Assembly: GCF_902713615.1 (NCBI RefSeq)
Contig: NW_024055744.1
Span: 679,881-743,880, forward strand
DNA: 64,000 bases
Source: Scyliorhinus canicula
Lineage: Eukaryota
Direction of reading: 5' to 3'
Under the pieces are notes generated by a model that was not told the DNA's origin, did no database searches, and worked only from the letters and a program-made list of their open reading frames with translations. A program made the position numbers and the translations under genes. Shown here piece by piece: positions 10,011 to 22,311 of the stretch; within the stretch, counting starts at the first letter, position 1, and each line of letters starts with the position of its first letter.

Positions 10011-10305
10011 GGTAAGGTGGGAGGAGCCTCGTGTGGAGTTTATACACCAGCACAGAACAGTTGGGCCGAATGACCTGTTTCCCTGCTGTTCACTTTCTGA
10101 AACTTTCGAATCCAATATCCGTAAATTCTCAGGGAAAAGGATTGTGTCCACCTCTGCTCCGAGCTGGGAACCCGGACAGACCCCAAAGTGGAAAATGGAA
10201 ACCTTTAAAATCCAACACAAAACACATTTCTCCCACATCTAACCCGCGGTTCCATTGTCTCCGGAATTCCCCATTTTATTGACATTTATTGTACATTTTC
10301 TGCAG

Positions 10306-10697
10306 ATCCCAATCCGCGGGAACCGTCCGTCTCTGTCCTCCTGCCCTCGGCTGAAGACGTCTCCGCTCAGAGATTCGTCTCCCTCAGCTGCTTAGTGAGA
10401 GGTTTCTCCCCCCGAGAGATCTTCGTCAAGTGGACCGTCAATGACAAGCCGGTGAATCCCGGGAACGACAAGAACACCGAGGTGATGGCGGAGAACGGCA
10501 ATAGCTCCTTCTTCATGTACAGCCTGTTATCCATTGCAGCGGAGGAGTGGGCCAGCGGCGCTTCTTACTCCTGTGTGGTGGGACATGAAGCCATCCCCTT
10601 GAAGATCATCAACAGAACGGTTGATAAATCCAGCGGTAAACCCAGTTTTGTGAACATTTCCCTCGCTCTGATGGACACCGTTAATTCATGTCAATGA
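10306..10697 (+). CDS. IGHM: IgM exon CH4 plus secretory tailpiece
   Basis: Acceptor TTTTCTGCAG|. Translation (D)[42 protein letters not shown]...[22 protein letters not shown], with the tailpiece NIS sequon and penultimate Cys. Internal donor G|GTAAA at 10636 serves the membrane form. Confidence 0.97.
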
Positions 10698-10724
10698 GAA
10701 TCGATTGGTTATATTTCGAACTAA

Positions 10725-10739
10725 AATAAAAATAATAAA
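10725..10739 (+). terminator. Secretory-form poly(A) signals (AATAAA x2)
   Basis: AATAAA at 10725-10730 and 10734-10739, ~30 nt after the stop. Confidence 0.85.
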
Positions 10740-10814
10740 AACGTTTCCTCTAATTGTGATTTAAACATACAGCCGCTTGATTAATGGTGTTTCCACTTTA
10801 CTGATGTTAGATCT

Positions 10815-10996
10815 GAAAATGAAATGAAAATCACTTATTGTCGCAAGTAGGCTTCAGTCAAGTTATTGTGAAAAGCCCCTCAGCGCCACATTCCGGCGCC
10901 TGTTCGGGGAGGCTGGTACGGGGATTGACCCGTGCTGCTGGCCTGTATTGGTCTGCTTTAAAATCCAGCGATTTAGCCATGTGCTAAACCAGTCCC
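10815..10996 (-). mobile_element. SINE family B copy just downstream of the secretory poly(A) site
   Basis: Colinear with 7853-8033. Confidence 0.8.
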
Positions 10997-11348
10997 TGGT
11001 CAATGAGACCCGGATTTCTACAGGTCTCGGCCCCAAGTCTGATACAACCAGAGCTCCCAGCTCAGATACACCCTGGATTAGAGACAGAGTAAAACTCATT
11101 CATTCCAGGATTCAGCAAAATATCTTCATTGACTTTCCTCCAGCTGAGGAGAAATCGGACAATTTCCCATTTCAGACAAACAAACCCATCACATTTAGAT
11201 CTCGGTGTTCCTGCTTCTCTCATTGTCCATCCCTTTAAAATTAATGTCAGCTTTAAGTTGCTGCATGAGACCCACTGGGAACTGGTTTGAGGGTCACACA
11301 GAAACATGGACCAACAATCTCCAGTCAAAGAGAGGGGAAAGTGAAATT

Positions 11349-12060
11349 GTTAATCCACTGTACCCCCACCTCCCCAACAGAGAGAGCGGGAGGGGTATTA
11401 GTTATTCCACTGTCTCCCCACCCACCCACCTCCCCCACAGAGAGAGGGGGAAGGGCATTAGTTAATCCACTGAACCCCCACTTCCCCAATAGAGGGAGGG
11501 GGAGGGTCTTTAGTGAATTCACTGTACCCCCACTTCCCCAACAGAGAGAGTGGGAGGAGCTTTAGTTAATCCACTGTACCCCCACTTCGCCAACAAAGAG
11601 AGGGGGAGGGGCATTAGTTAATCCACTGTACCCCACCTCATCAACAGAGAGAGTGGGAGGGACTTTAGTTAATCCACTGTACCCCCACTTCACCAACAAA
11701 GAGAGGGGCATTAGTTAATCCATTGTCTCCCCACGTCCCCAACAAAGAGAGCAGTTGGGGCATTACTTAACACATTGTGCCCCCACTTCCCCAGCAAAGC
11801 GAGGGGAGGAGCATTAGTTAACACATTGTGCCCCCACTTCCCCAACAAAGAGACGGTGGTGGGCTGAGTTAATCCACTGTACATCCGCTTCCAACAATGA
11901 GGGGGGTGTACATTAGTTAATCCACTGGACATCCGCTTCCAAAAATGAGTGGAAGGACATTATTTAATCCACTGCCTCCCCACTTCCCCAACAAAGAGAG
12001 CAAAGGGGCAATACTAACCCATTGTACCTCCACTTTCCCAACCAAAAGAGGAGGAAGGTG
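11349..12060. repeat. ~52-bp minisatellite (TTAGTTAATCCACTGTACCCCCACTTCCCCAACAAAGAGAGGGGGAGGGGCA)n
   Basis: TTAGTT recurs at 11562, 11614 and 11665. About 13 imperfect copies. Confidence 0.88.
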
Positions 12061-12509
12061 ATGAGTGAACTCTCTGTATCTCCACCTCCAGCAGGGAGAA
12101 CCCAAAGGCAATTTGCTGAGCTGACCAGAGAGAGGGAGATTATTAACTCAATATCTTCCCAGTCCCCAAGCAGGGAGTTTGGAAGTAAACGGTTGTCTGG
12201 ACTAAGAACTCAGTTACTGACATTACAAGACGCCATGTAGTTTACAGGCTGATACATTATAAAGATGTTCTTAAAATATCTATTTATGCAACATAATTTT
12301 TTTTAGCACCCTTGTTCCTCTTATCCGTATGCTGAAACCGATTCCCCATAATCCAAATCCAGACTGGTGATTGAATTCTCTCTGGGTTTTCACTGTTCTC
12401 TCCCGAGGAGCCTCCTCGTATTTTTGCATTAGGTCACCTGATGTCAACTTGCAACTCACGGAAAACACATTTATATGCAGAAAGTTCAACATATTCTACA
12501 TCGGTATCA

Positions 12510-13860
12510 ATAATACCCACAACTAGCAAAGCTACAGGCAGCTGATACAAATACACAGACAGATAAACAGACACAGACACTACACACACATGCACACAGA
12601 CCCACAAACACACACACGCTCACAAGTAGACACAAACACACACATAGAAACACATGCACAAACATACACCCAGGCACAACGGACCACACATATTTTGACA
12701 CAAAAACACACGCAAATGCGCACAAAAATTCACAAGCATGCACATAAACACAAAAAGCACATGTTTAGAAACACACAGACTCACGTGCACATCCACACAT
12801 ACAAACACAATTCCACACACACAAGTGGGTACACGCGTGTACACAGACATATACAACCACATGTCCACACAGATACACAGACATATACAACCAGACAAGC
12901 AGGCTGACAGAAGAATATGAAACAGAAATGTAACCAATAACATGTAAATTAGCAGAATTTCACGATGACAGAAATATTTCCATTCAAACAGAGACAATAA
13001 TCCACACTAACGGACACACGTAGATACATATTAGCTGACTCGTACACACGCTAACACGAACACATATGAATACACATAGAGTCATCAACACACATCAATA
13101 GATAGTTATAATCAAACATCAACGCATAAATAGCACCTCTGCCTCACAGCGCCATAATCCCGGGTTCAATTCCAGCCTTGGGTGATTGTCTGTGTGGAGT
13201 TCCCACGTTCTGCCAGGTCTGTTCCTGTTTCCTCCGCGTGCTCTAGTTTCCTCCCACAGTCCAAAGATGTGCAGGTTAGGTGGATTGGCCAGGCTATATT
13301 ACCCCTTAGTGCCCACAACGTTAGGTGGGGATACGATGTTCTGGGGACAGGGCAGGGGCATGCGTCCAGGCAGACTGCTCTTTCGGAGGGTCGGTGCAGA
13401 CTCAATGGGCCGAATAGCCTCGTTCGGCACAGTAGGGATTATATTTAATGATGATTCTATGAAGAAATACACGCATCAACAAACACACACACACACAAAC
13501 GCACTTATCCAGACACAAACATTAAGACAATGACATGCATGTTGAACGTACAAAGACACATTAACACTTTCATTACTGGACAGGGAAGTATAAACTTATA
13601 TTGACATAGGCATTAATATATAAACATAGACTTCAACACACAAACACACACAATAAAACACTCATATGTACACATTAACAGAAGATAAACAAAGTTCACA
13701 CAGGCGCTGACACACAAATACACAGATCAATACTCATTGACACATGAACACACAATGACACTTATAAAGACATCGGGACACACAAAAGAAGAGTAAAGAA
13801 ATACGAATTTCGCATCCACACAGGCACAAAAGCTAAAGAACAAACACAGACGTCAGGCAA
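12510..13860. repeat. Degenerate (CA)n-rich tract interrupted by a HE1-type SINE (~13135-13445)
   Basis: Composition read directly; the SINE body is recognisable. Confidence 0.75.
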
Positions 13861-14045
13861 GGGCGGCACGGTGGCATAGTGGTTAGCACTGCTGCCTCAC
13901 GCCACCATGGACCTGGGGTTGATCCCGCTCCTGGGTCTGTGTCCCAGTGGAGTTTCCCAGTGACACGTGGGTCTCACCCCGATAACCCAAAGATGTGCAG
14001 GGTAGGTGGATTGGCCATGTTAAATTGCCCCTTAATTGGAAGAAA
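13860..14045 (+). mobile_element. HE1-type tRNA-derived SINE (short variant)
   Basis: GGGCGGCACGGTGGCATAGTGGTTAGCACTGCTGCCTCAC...GGATTGGCCATGTTAAATTGCCCCTTAATTGG. Confidence 0.8.
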
Positions 14046-14210
14046 AAAGTTACAGAGATCGATTTCCGAGTGTCATGAACTCAACAGTAGATATGCAATG
14101 ACAAATATATTAAAGAATGAATTAGCAGCGGGAGAAAATGAAACGAGAATATTAAAAAACATATCCTGGATTAATAAACAAACTAATTATATTTGGCTCG
14201 ATCCTTGTAG

Positions 14211-14338
14211 ATACCACAGACAACACCTGGACTGAAGAAAATGAGGATGATAACGGGAACATCTGGACAACCGCTTCCACATTCATCACCCTGTTCTTCC
14301 TGAGCATTTCCTACAGCGCTGCAGTCACTCTGGTGAAG
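14211..14338 (+). CDS. IGHM: IgM transmembrane exon TM1
   Basis: Acceptor CCTTGTAG|, donor |GTGAGA at 14339. In frame with the CH4 internal donor: (D)TTDNTWTEENEDDNGNIWTTASTFITLFFLSISYSAAVTLVK, with an acidic spacer and CART-like TM. Confidence 0.95.
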
Positions 14339-14477
14339 GTGAGAAGATTCAATCCACTCACACTTCAAACTGACAGAGGCCGTTTAAAACATCTCTAAAT
14401 GTTTGATTGATTAAAAACTCTAACATCAATGTCCCAGATCATAAACATCGGCTTCATCATTTCTCTCTCTTTTACAG

Positions 14478-14486
14478 ATCAAGTGA
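14478..14486 (+). CDS. IGHM: IgM exon TM2 coding part (IK*)
   Basis: Acceptor TTCTCTCTCTTTTACAG| then ATC AAG TGA, giving a K-I-K cytoplasmic tail (cf. KVK). Confidence 0.9.
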   Translation: MK

Positions 14487-14895
14487 TGGGTTGACGTTCG
14501 GATGCTGTAGATTTTCCTCAGCTGTTTATTATGATCTGTGTGTGGCACAAATACAATATCTCCTCTTGGTGACTCTAACAGTAAAATTCTCTCAGTTTAT
14601 TATTCTGCATCTGTAACTGAGACAATCATGGACAGTATTTCTGCTTTTCAGTTTGAAATGTACGAGATAATTTTGGCTGTAATGTAATTGTAGTTAATAA
14701 TTTCTCTCAATGTCATGTCTAAATAAGTAACTTACCTCGTACCTTATTAACAACAGTTGCCTTCCCTTTATGTTGAGCTCCTGTTCTCTCTCTCTTGTGT
14801 CTGTTACAGTTGTACATACATTTGGCAGCTCAGAGGGCATGTGTTCTGTTCTCAGTGTGACCCTCAATCGTTATGTTCCCTTTTGTAAACATCAA

Positions 14896-14936
14896 AATAA
14901 ACTTTTGTGCTATATTTTCTCTGAAATTTTAATAAA
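14896..14936 (+). terminator. Membrane-form poly(A) signals
   Basis: AATAAA at 14896-14901 and 14931-14936. Confidence 0.7.
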
Positions 14937-15324
14937 TATTGAATGAAAAATGAAGAAAACAAATCTAATCTGAACTCCTTTCTCTAAGGTCCATCGGCAC
15001 CGCTCCATTTCCCCGATTACACAGTTGTCTCCCGTTTCCCAGACAGATATTTCTCACCAGTCCTGTCTGGGATGTGTCTGAACTCAAGGCCCCTCAGTGA
15101 AAGAGCCGCTGCGCCACCAAGCGGCCCATCCGGGTTAAGTCACCTTCACCTTTGTCTTTTTTTGGTCAACTCCAGAGACAGAATGATTTCACAGCTGAAG
15201 AATTCCACAGATTCACTCCCCTCTGATGGAAGAAATGTCTCCTCACCTCTGTCCTAAATTTGAGACCTCTTACTCTGAGATTATGCCCTCTGGTCCCAGA
15301 CTCTCCCACAAGAGGAAACAAGAT

Positions 15325-15560
15325 AATTTTTCAGGCAGTGTAACTGGTTAAAGCTCTTTCCACAGTCAGTTCACTGGAACACTCCCACTCAGATGTGTGT
15401 GGGTCTCGGGGCTTTTCCAGTCACACTGATGTCTGAAATCTCTTCCCACAGTCAGAACAGACAAACACATTGACAGTTTGTGATATGTAGGTCCTAATGA
15501 ATTGAGTCAGATCTTGATGTTATATTTGGTTCGAGTTGCCCAGCTGCCAAACCTCCCGTT
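15325..15560 (-). pseudogene. C2H2 ZNF gene remnant (5' part of the finger exon, MEKPW subfamily)
   Basis: Reverse complement matches 20805-20935 (CAGTGTGACTGGAAAAGC.CCGAGACCCACAC...TTCCAGTGAACTGACTGTGGAAAGAGCTTTAACCAGTTACAC). Confidence 0.75.
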
Positions 15561-16626
15561 CTAATGCCTGAAAAAGAAGTTTTGAACCAGAATATTGTCC
15601 CCAGTGTCTCTGAAACACTCTGTCCGCTGAGGTATCCACTGGTTGTGGAAGGTGTCACGCATTCCGGTGGATACCACATGCTCCCTCTGCAAGACCACTG
15701 GGAATAGACAAGACCACAGAACAGAAGTCGGCAGCCAGAGTAACCGCCCACCTCCTCCATAATAATAATAATAATCTTTATTGTCACAAGTAGGCTTACA
15801 TTAACAATGCAATGAAGTTACTGTGAAAAGCCCCTCATCACCACACTCCGGCGCATGGTTGGGTCACAGAGGGAGCATTCAGAATGTTCAATTCACAGCA
15901 CGTCTTTCGGGACTTGTGGGAGCAAACCGGAGCACCCGGAGGAAACCCACGGGGAGAACGTGCAGACTCCACACAGACAGTGACCCAAGCTGGGCATCGA
16001 ATCTGGGACCCTGAAACTGTGAAGCAACAGTGCTACCCTACCCCACCCAGCTACAATGCACTGTTTTAACCAGACTCAAAGTAGATTCACGCTCAGCACA
16101 AGAATATTAGATAATATAGACTGTCAGATCCACAAACTCTGCCAAAGTGGCTGCAACTTGACAGGTTACTGTGGACATTAAACTGTGGGCAATATTCGAT
16201 GCTGTGACCAATATTTAGTTAAATACGGACCTGAATAATGAAACTTTGCAGCCACCTGTGAAGTTTAAATGTGTCGTTGTGTCAGGATGAACCAGCATTT
16301 GAGGAATGTGAAATCTCGGGATTGTTGGTCTCCAAGTGCCGTATTGAACACAGGAGAATGACCTTGAATTGGGACAGGGATAAGCGTGAGTGAGCATCGT
16401 AAACTGCTATTGTATCGGGGTGTTCTGGGCCCCAAAGTTTTAACCCTGCAGTTAATTGGCAGGGATGCAGTATAATAAACCCTGGACAAAACAAATGTGT
16501 GTGTGTGAGAAGCATCTGAAGCACCAGGAACCAGCTGAACCAGCAGAGCTGAATGTCTCCCAGTGCAGCCACAGGACTGAACTTATTCCAGCTTCCAAGT
16601 CCACCTGAGAACCAACCTCCTGGCTA

Positions 16627-17065
16627 TTCATCTACAAGAACGTTTGAGGACTTTGGGTCTGTACTCGTTGGGGTTTAGAAGGATGAGAGGGGATCTTATT
16701 GAAACTTACAAGATACTGCGAGGTCTGGATAGAGTGGACATGGAGGATGTTTCCACTTGCAGCAAAAAATAGAACCAGAGGACACCATCTCAGACTACAG
16801 GGACGACCCTGTAAAACAGATGAGGAGGAATTTCTTCAGCCAGAGGGTGGTGAATCTGTGGAACACTTTGCCGCAGAAGGCTGTGGCGTCCAATTCACTG
16901 AGTGTCTTTAAGACAGAGATAGATAGGTTCTTTATTAATAAGGGAATCACGGGTTATGGGGAGAAGGCAGGGGAATGGGGATGAAACAATATAAACCATG
17001 ATTGAATGGAGGAGCTGAGTCGATGGGCCAAATTGCCTAATTCTGCTCCTATGTCTTATGGTCTG
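16627..17065 (+). mobile_element. CR1-type LINE 3' end
   Basis: Shows the RMRGDLIETYKIL-type RT C-terminus and 3' tail. Similar ends lie at ~18470-18860, 26380-26640 and 37100-37460. Confidence 0.8.
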
Positions 17066-17599
17066 ATAAGAAGCTTCAGAGACTCATGAGAATTATTTGC
17101 TTTTAAAAACGCTTCACTCCAACGAAAGGATCAGCTCAATAAGAAGACATCAGACCTGCAGCGATATAAAGATTGCAGTCTACATTCCATTTTCATCATC
17201 ACAGCTTCAACTTGATCTGTACCTAATTTCTGTGTCTGTGTCAGTGAGTGAAAGGGCCGAGAGACTTAGATGCTCAAACATCCAGGGAATGGTTGTGAAA
17301 ATAAATAACCTTTATTCCTTTAAAAATCACCAGTAAGCCTGCTGCTGAACTGTATTTTAAATAAAGAAATATCACATTGAGGGTCAGAAAATATCACACA
17401 AACATCCTGATAATGGACGGGAAAGGACCACGAAATGTAATCAACCGTTGTATAACCCCCTTCAGGTAGCTATATAGAGGCTGCAGCCTCTCACACTGAA
17501 TGTCTACGTGATCCATAGACACCTCCAGGCTACAAACATCAGCTGCAGCCTGGGAGTGGGTGAAAGATCTGTTGTAAGGAATATGCCCAGGGCACTAGG

Positions 17600-17790
17600 A
17601 CCCGGCTGGGAACAGAAACCTTCAGGTCCCGCCCACCAGCTGTCGCATCACCAAGACGCCAGCGCATGCGCTCTTCTTCCCCGGTGAACCAAGATGGCAG
17701 CTGTGAAGCAGGGCCTGGTCCCGGGACAGAGAGCTGACTGGCGGTGATGTGACCTGACGATCACCACACCTCAGGCAAGGGGCCAGGTTG
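17600..17790 (+). promoter_or_regulatory. CpG promoter / first exon candidate for the ZNF at 21031
   Basis: GC box, NRF1 palindrome GCGCATGCGC at 17662-17671 and YY1-like AAGATGGC at 17691-17698. Confidence 0.55.
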
Positions 17791-18896
17791 GGAAGGTGGT
17801 GCCTTCAGGAATAACTGGGAAGGTGATGTTTGGTCAGTTGCTGCAGTCTGTGTAGTGAAGGTGCTGTCACAGTGGTGTGAGGTAAGGAAGTACAGGATTA
17901 TCACCCAGCAATGATGAATTAAGGGGAATGTAAATCCAGCTCAGGCTGCTTTCAGATTGGAAAGGGAGCTAAGGTGTGTCCTTAGAGCTGGTGAATGTTT
18001 TGGCTTTGTCAGTTTCTCTGTAAAGTCCTTCTCATTCATTCCCTCTCTTTACAGCACAGAGAGAGGCCCTTTGGCCCATTCATAATAATCTTTAATATTA
18101 GTGTCACAAGTAGGCTTAAATTAACACTGCAATGAAATTGCTGTGAAAATCCCCCACTCGCCTGTTCAGGTACGCAGAGGAAGAATTCAAAATGTCCAAT
18201 TCATCTAACAAGCTCAACTTTCCGGACTTGTTGGAGGAAATCGGAGCACCTGGAGGAAACCCACGCAGACACGGGGAGAACGTGCAGACTCCGAAGCCAG
18301 GAATCGAACCCAAGTCCCTGATGCTGTGAAGCACCAGTGCTAACCACTATGCTACCGTGCCGCCCAGAAGATTATTAGATTACTAATTCTGGATGAATTG
18401 TGTCTCAGGATGCTGTGGGAGGTGAGGGAGAGATTGCAGTGGCTCTTACCCAAAGTTTTAACCATAAATTCGGCCTGTGATCCGTAGAATTTAGAAGGTT
18501 AAGGTGTGATCTGATTGAAGTATTTAAGATATTAACAGGGAAAGACAGGGTAGATAAAGATAAACTATTTCCACTGGTTGGAGATTCCAAAAGTAGGGAT
18601 CATTGTCTAAAAATTAGGGCTTGACCATTCAGGAGAGATGTTCGGAAGAACTTCTTCACACACAGGGTGGGAGAGGTTTGAAACTCTTTCCCACAAACAG
18701 CAGGTGAAGTTGCATCAGTTGTTAAGTTTAAATCTGAGGTAGAGTTTTGTTAAGCAAAGATATTAATGGATATGGAGTTAGATCACAGATCAGCCATGAT
18801 CTCACTAAATGGCAGGACAGACTCGAGGTGCTGAATGGCCTACTCCTGTCCCTATGTGTATTTCTGTAATTCTGAAATACAGACAATAATATGACA

Positions 18897-19125
18897 GGGG
18901 CAGCACGGTGGCGCAGTGGGGTTAGCCTTGCAGCCTCATGGCGCCGAGGACCCAGGTTCGATCCCGGCTCAGGGTCACTGTCCGTGTGGAGTTTGCACAT
19001 TCTCCCCATGTCTGCGTGGGTTTCAGCCCCACAACCCAAAAGTGTGCAGGCTAGGTGGATTGGCCACACTAAATTGCCCCTTAATTGGAAAAAAAATGAA
19101 TTGGGTACACTAAATTTAAAAAAAA
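18897..19125 (+). mobile_element. HE1-type SINE
   Basis: GGGGCAGCACGGTGGCGCAGTGG...GGTTCGATCCCGG... with an A-rich tail. Other copies include ~15835-16040(-), 18115-18365(-), 24460-24730(+), 44745-45010(-), 48030-48210(+), 49420-49590(-), 49785-50075(+), 58090-58320(+), 58385-58695(-), 63420-63715(-) and 63770-63945(-). Confidence 0.85.
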
Positions 19126-19149
19126 TAGTATACCATGACAGGGAAAGAG

Positions 19150-20085
19150 TTCGGATTAGAACCTGAGTTAGTCCGAGCTGCAAACCATCCCTCCAGATCC
19201 TGGCCCTTCATGGATTTAATGAAGGCCAAGGCGATAGTTGGATTATTGAAAGACTTGATGGAGTTGTTGGAGACCATTTTTGGGGTCTCAGGATAAAGCC
19301 TGACGTAATTTACGACCCACGGGCTTGAGCTGCCTTTGAACTTCATCGAATCCTCGACACTTTGTTTGTGTTGCTGCCGAAAGTCCTAAATCCTCCCTCT
19401 CTTCTGGAGCCAGACGCCACCTCACCGTTCCCTCTCCAGGACATTCTGGCGATCTTTCCAGTTGTGGAAGTAAATGATTATAGGCCTGGGATGAAAACTA
19501 TCCCTCAGCCTCAGGGACAGGATACGATACATCCTTTCTAATTTGAAACACCCAGGCTTCACATCCAGCTTGAGAAAACGTGGCTTCCGGTCCTCGAAGA
19601 ACTAACGGGAGCCTTACCATCCACACCTTCTGACAGGCCGCCAACTCGGATGTTCTTTCTCCGACACTCGGTTCTCCAAATCCTCCAGGACCTCCGCCAG
19701 GCACCCGGCTGGTTTTCAAAGGATTGAATTCTTGCCTCCGTTGAGGAGGCATCTTGCTGAATGTTCAGGATTCTCTCCTCCGGATCATCGAGCCTCTTCC
19801 TGGTGTTTTGCAGCTGGGCCTCATGAGCTCACAGATATTGAGTCAGCACACTCCGCCTCTGGTCAGTAACACGGATAATGTCGGCAGTCAACATTTTCGC
19901 CACCTCTTGAGAGAGCCCCAGAGAGCGCGGGATTGTGAGACCTCCTGAGGGTCAGGCCGCATTGTTGAAAAGGCGGCTTCATTCCCGCTGAATCCACCTG
20001 CCCTGTTTTATCAGCGCATTTCTTCACTTTTTACAGCATAATCCTTCCAGACCGAACCCTGAAGTCTTCCAGGGACATGATAACA
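19150..20085 (-). mobile_element. Decayed L1 ORF1 fragment (third L1 lineage)
   Basis: Mixed-frame minus-strand translation gives LEDLENR..RKNIRVGGLSEGVDG, KLER..RI and PIIIYFHNWKDRQNVL, the same ORF1 motifs seen in the two long L1s. Confidence 0.65.
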
Positions 20086-21030
20086 AATATTAATTCAAGG
20101 ATTAGGTAGATGAGTGCCAGGCAATCAGGATAAGTGACAGATCATAGGTCAGTGGCACCAGAACCTGCGGAAAACAAGCTAATCCCATTCCGGTGGGAGG
20201 GATTTCTTCACTCGAGGATGTGGTGAAGCTTTGGAATTCTCTACCTCCGAGGATTCTGCAGCTTCAGTCGTCAAGTATGTTCAAGACACAGATTGACAGT
20301 TTCTGGACATTGAAGATGTCGAGGGATATGGGGATAGTGTGGGAAAATGGTGCTGAGGTAGATCAGCTAAGGATCCCATTGAATGGTTCAGCTTCAATGG
20401 GCTGAATGGCCGACTGCAACTCATTTTTGTTATGATCTCCTGGACAGGAAGCTGTGAGCTTGGATCTGTCAATCAACATGAATCAGCACCTTCAGGAGAA
20501 TTGGGAGGGTGAATATTAGATACAGCAGAGTGAGAATGGAGGGAGATTGTGTGGGATGGAGATTTACAGCTCTCAGGGAATAAGAGAGAGGAAACAATGT
20601 GACATAGAAACTAGCATTGTCTGTTCTAAGTTTCAATCCTGTACTGACAGTGATGAATTTTGTAAATTGTTTCTTCCAGGATATTAGACAAGGAGGAATT
20701 ACAGCTAGAAATCTCAAATGTTACGTCCCGATCTGACAGCCACCCCCTTCCTTGAAACCTGAATACCATCGGGCTTTCAATCTAGAAGGAGAAATGTTTA
20801 CCCGAACTGTTAGCTAAAGATTTCAACCATCAGTGTGACTGGAAAAGCACCGAGACCCACACAACACACACCCGAGTGAGAGAATTCCAGTGAACTGACT
20901 GTGGAAAGAGCTTTAACCAGTTACACAGCCTGAAAAACATAACATTCAGAGTGAGGAGAGACCGTACCCATGTTGTGGATGAGGCTTCAACTGATTGTCC
21001 AACCTGAAGAGACGTGAGGAGACCCAAAAC

Positions 21031-21846
21031 ATGGAGAAACCGTGGAAATGGGATTGTGGGAAGGGATTCAGAGTCCCATCTCAGCTGGAAATTCATCAAC
21101 GCAGTCACACCGGGGAGAGGCCATTCACCTGCTCAAAGTGTGGGATGGGATTTACTCAGTTCTCCAGTCTGCAGACACATCAGCGAGTTCACACTGGGGA
21201 GAGACCATTCACCTGCTCTCAGTGTGGGAAGGGATTTACTCGGTTATCCACCCTGCAGACACATCAGCGAATTCACTCTGGGGAGAAGCCATTCACCTGC
21301 TCCCAGTGTGGGAAGGGATTTACTCAATTATATCACCTGCAGAGACACCTGCGAGTTCACACTGGGGAGAGGCCATTCACCTGTCCTCAGTGTGGGAAAG
21401 GATTTACTCGAGTATTCAACCTGCAGTCACACCAGCGAGTTCACACTGGGGAGAGGCCGTTCACCTGCTCTCAATGTGGGAAAGGATTTGCTGAAGTATC
21501 CAACCTGCGGAGACACCAGCGAGTTCACACTGGGGAGAGGCCATTCACCTGCTCTCAGTGTGGGCAAGAATTTACTCAATTATCTCACCTGCGGACACAC
21601 CAGCGAGTTCAGACTGGGGAGAGGCCATTCACCTGCTCTCGGTGTGGGAAGGGATTCAGTCGGCTATCTCACCTGCAGTCACACCAGCGAGTTCACACTG
21701 GGGAGAGGCCATTGATCTGCTCTCAGTGTGGGAAAGGATTTACTCGTTTATTCACCCTGCGGAGACACCAGCGAGTTCACACTGGGGAGACGCCATCCAC
21801 CTCTCCATGTGAGACAGGATTACATGTTTCCTCGCACCTCCTGTGA
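21031..21846 (+). CDS. C2H2 zinc-finger protein, 271 aa, 9 finger units (7 intact)
   Basis: First in-frame ATG is at 21031 (MEKPW; the track's 20995 start is TTG), with TGERPF linkers. Finger 1 lacks a Cys (WKWDCGK) and finger 7 ends HQRVQ. Likely acceptor TTTCTTCCAG at ~20679. Confidence 0.8.
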   Translation: MEKPWKWDCGKGFRVPSQLEIHQRSHTGERPFTCSKCGMGFTQFSSLQTHQRVHTGERPFTCSQCGKGFTRLSTLQTHQRIHSGEKPFTCSQCGKGFTQLYHLQRHLRVHTGERPFTCPQCGKGFTRVFNLQSHQRVHTGERPFTCSQCGKGFAEVSNLRRHQRVHTGERPFTCSQCGQEFTQLSHLRTHQRVQTGERPFTCSRCGKGFSRLSHLQSHQRVHTGERPLICSQCGKGFTRLFTLRRHQRVHTGETPSTSPCETGLHVSSHLL

Positions 21847-22311
21847 CACCAACAATTTCACAATCGATTACAGGGGTTGGATTCTGCTGTTATTGTTTCT
21901 GCTCTACACCCAGGACTGCATTTTGTTCATTCTGACAGGTGGTCAGTGGGGATGGTTGGAAGGTCTCTTTCTGCTGTACTGGCTGGTCTCACCACTTTGC
22001 CTCCAGTGGGCTGATGCTCTTTGAGCCTTGTTGCTAATACCTGGCTTCAAATTGCACAAGGATCACAGAGTGAAAGGGTGTTTGGAAGTTTGAAGATAGT
22101 TCGTTTCCATTTCTGTTTGGAACCCCCAAAACATGCCATGTTGCCATGGAGATGGGCCCTGGTGGTTGCATGGTTCTTTTGTATAATTTATCTGGGTGTT
22201 CCTCACAGAAGAAAACTATCAGGGTATGAGGGGCAAGTTGTCTGAGGTGGACTGGGAAACTGATTGGTACAGGGAATACCTAATATTTAAGGAATTATTA
22301 CATATTTATCA

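Noticed and set aside
6801-10697. IgM1gj, IgW or IgNAR identity, or pseudogene status
   Set aside because: Four C domains including CH2 and an IgM-type tailpiece indicate conventional IgM. All exons are open with canonical splice sites.
16130-16620. Possible VH promoter/leader of a next Ig cluster (TATAATAAA at ~16470)
   Set aside because: No octamer, signal-peptide exon or V exon follows, and the sequence runs into a CR1 end.
21014-21812. Alternative-frame ORFs over the ZNF genes (e.g. [12 protein letters not shown] repeats)
   Set aside because: These are shadow frames of the repeated finger-coding DNA.
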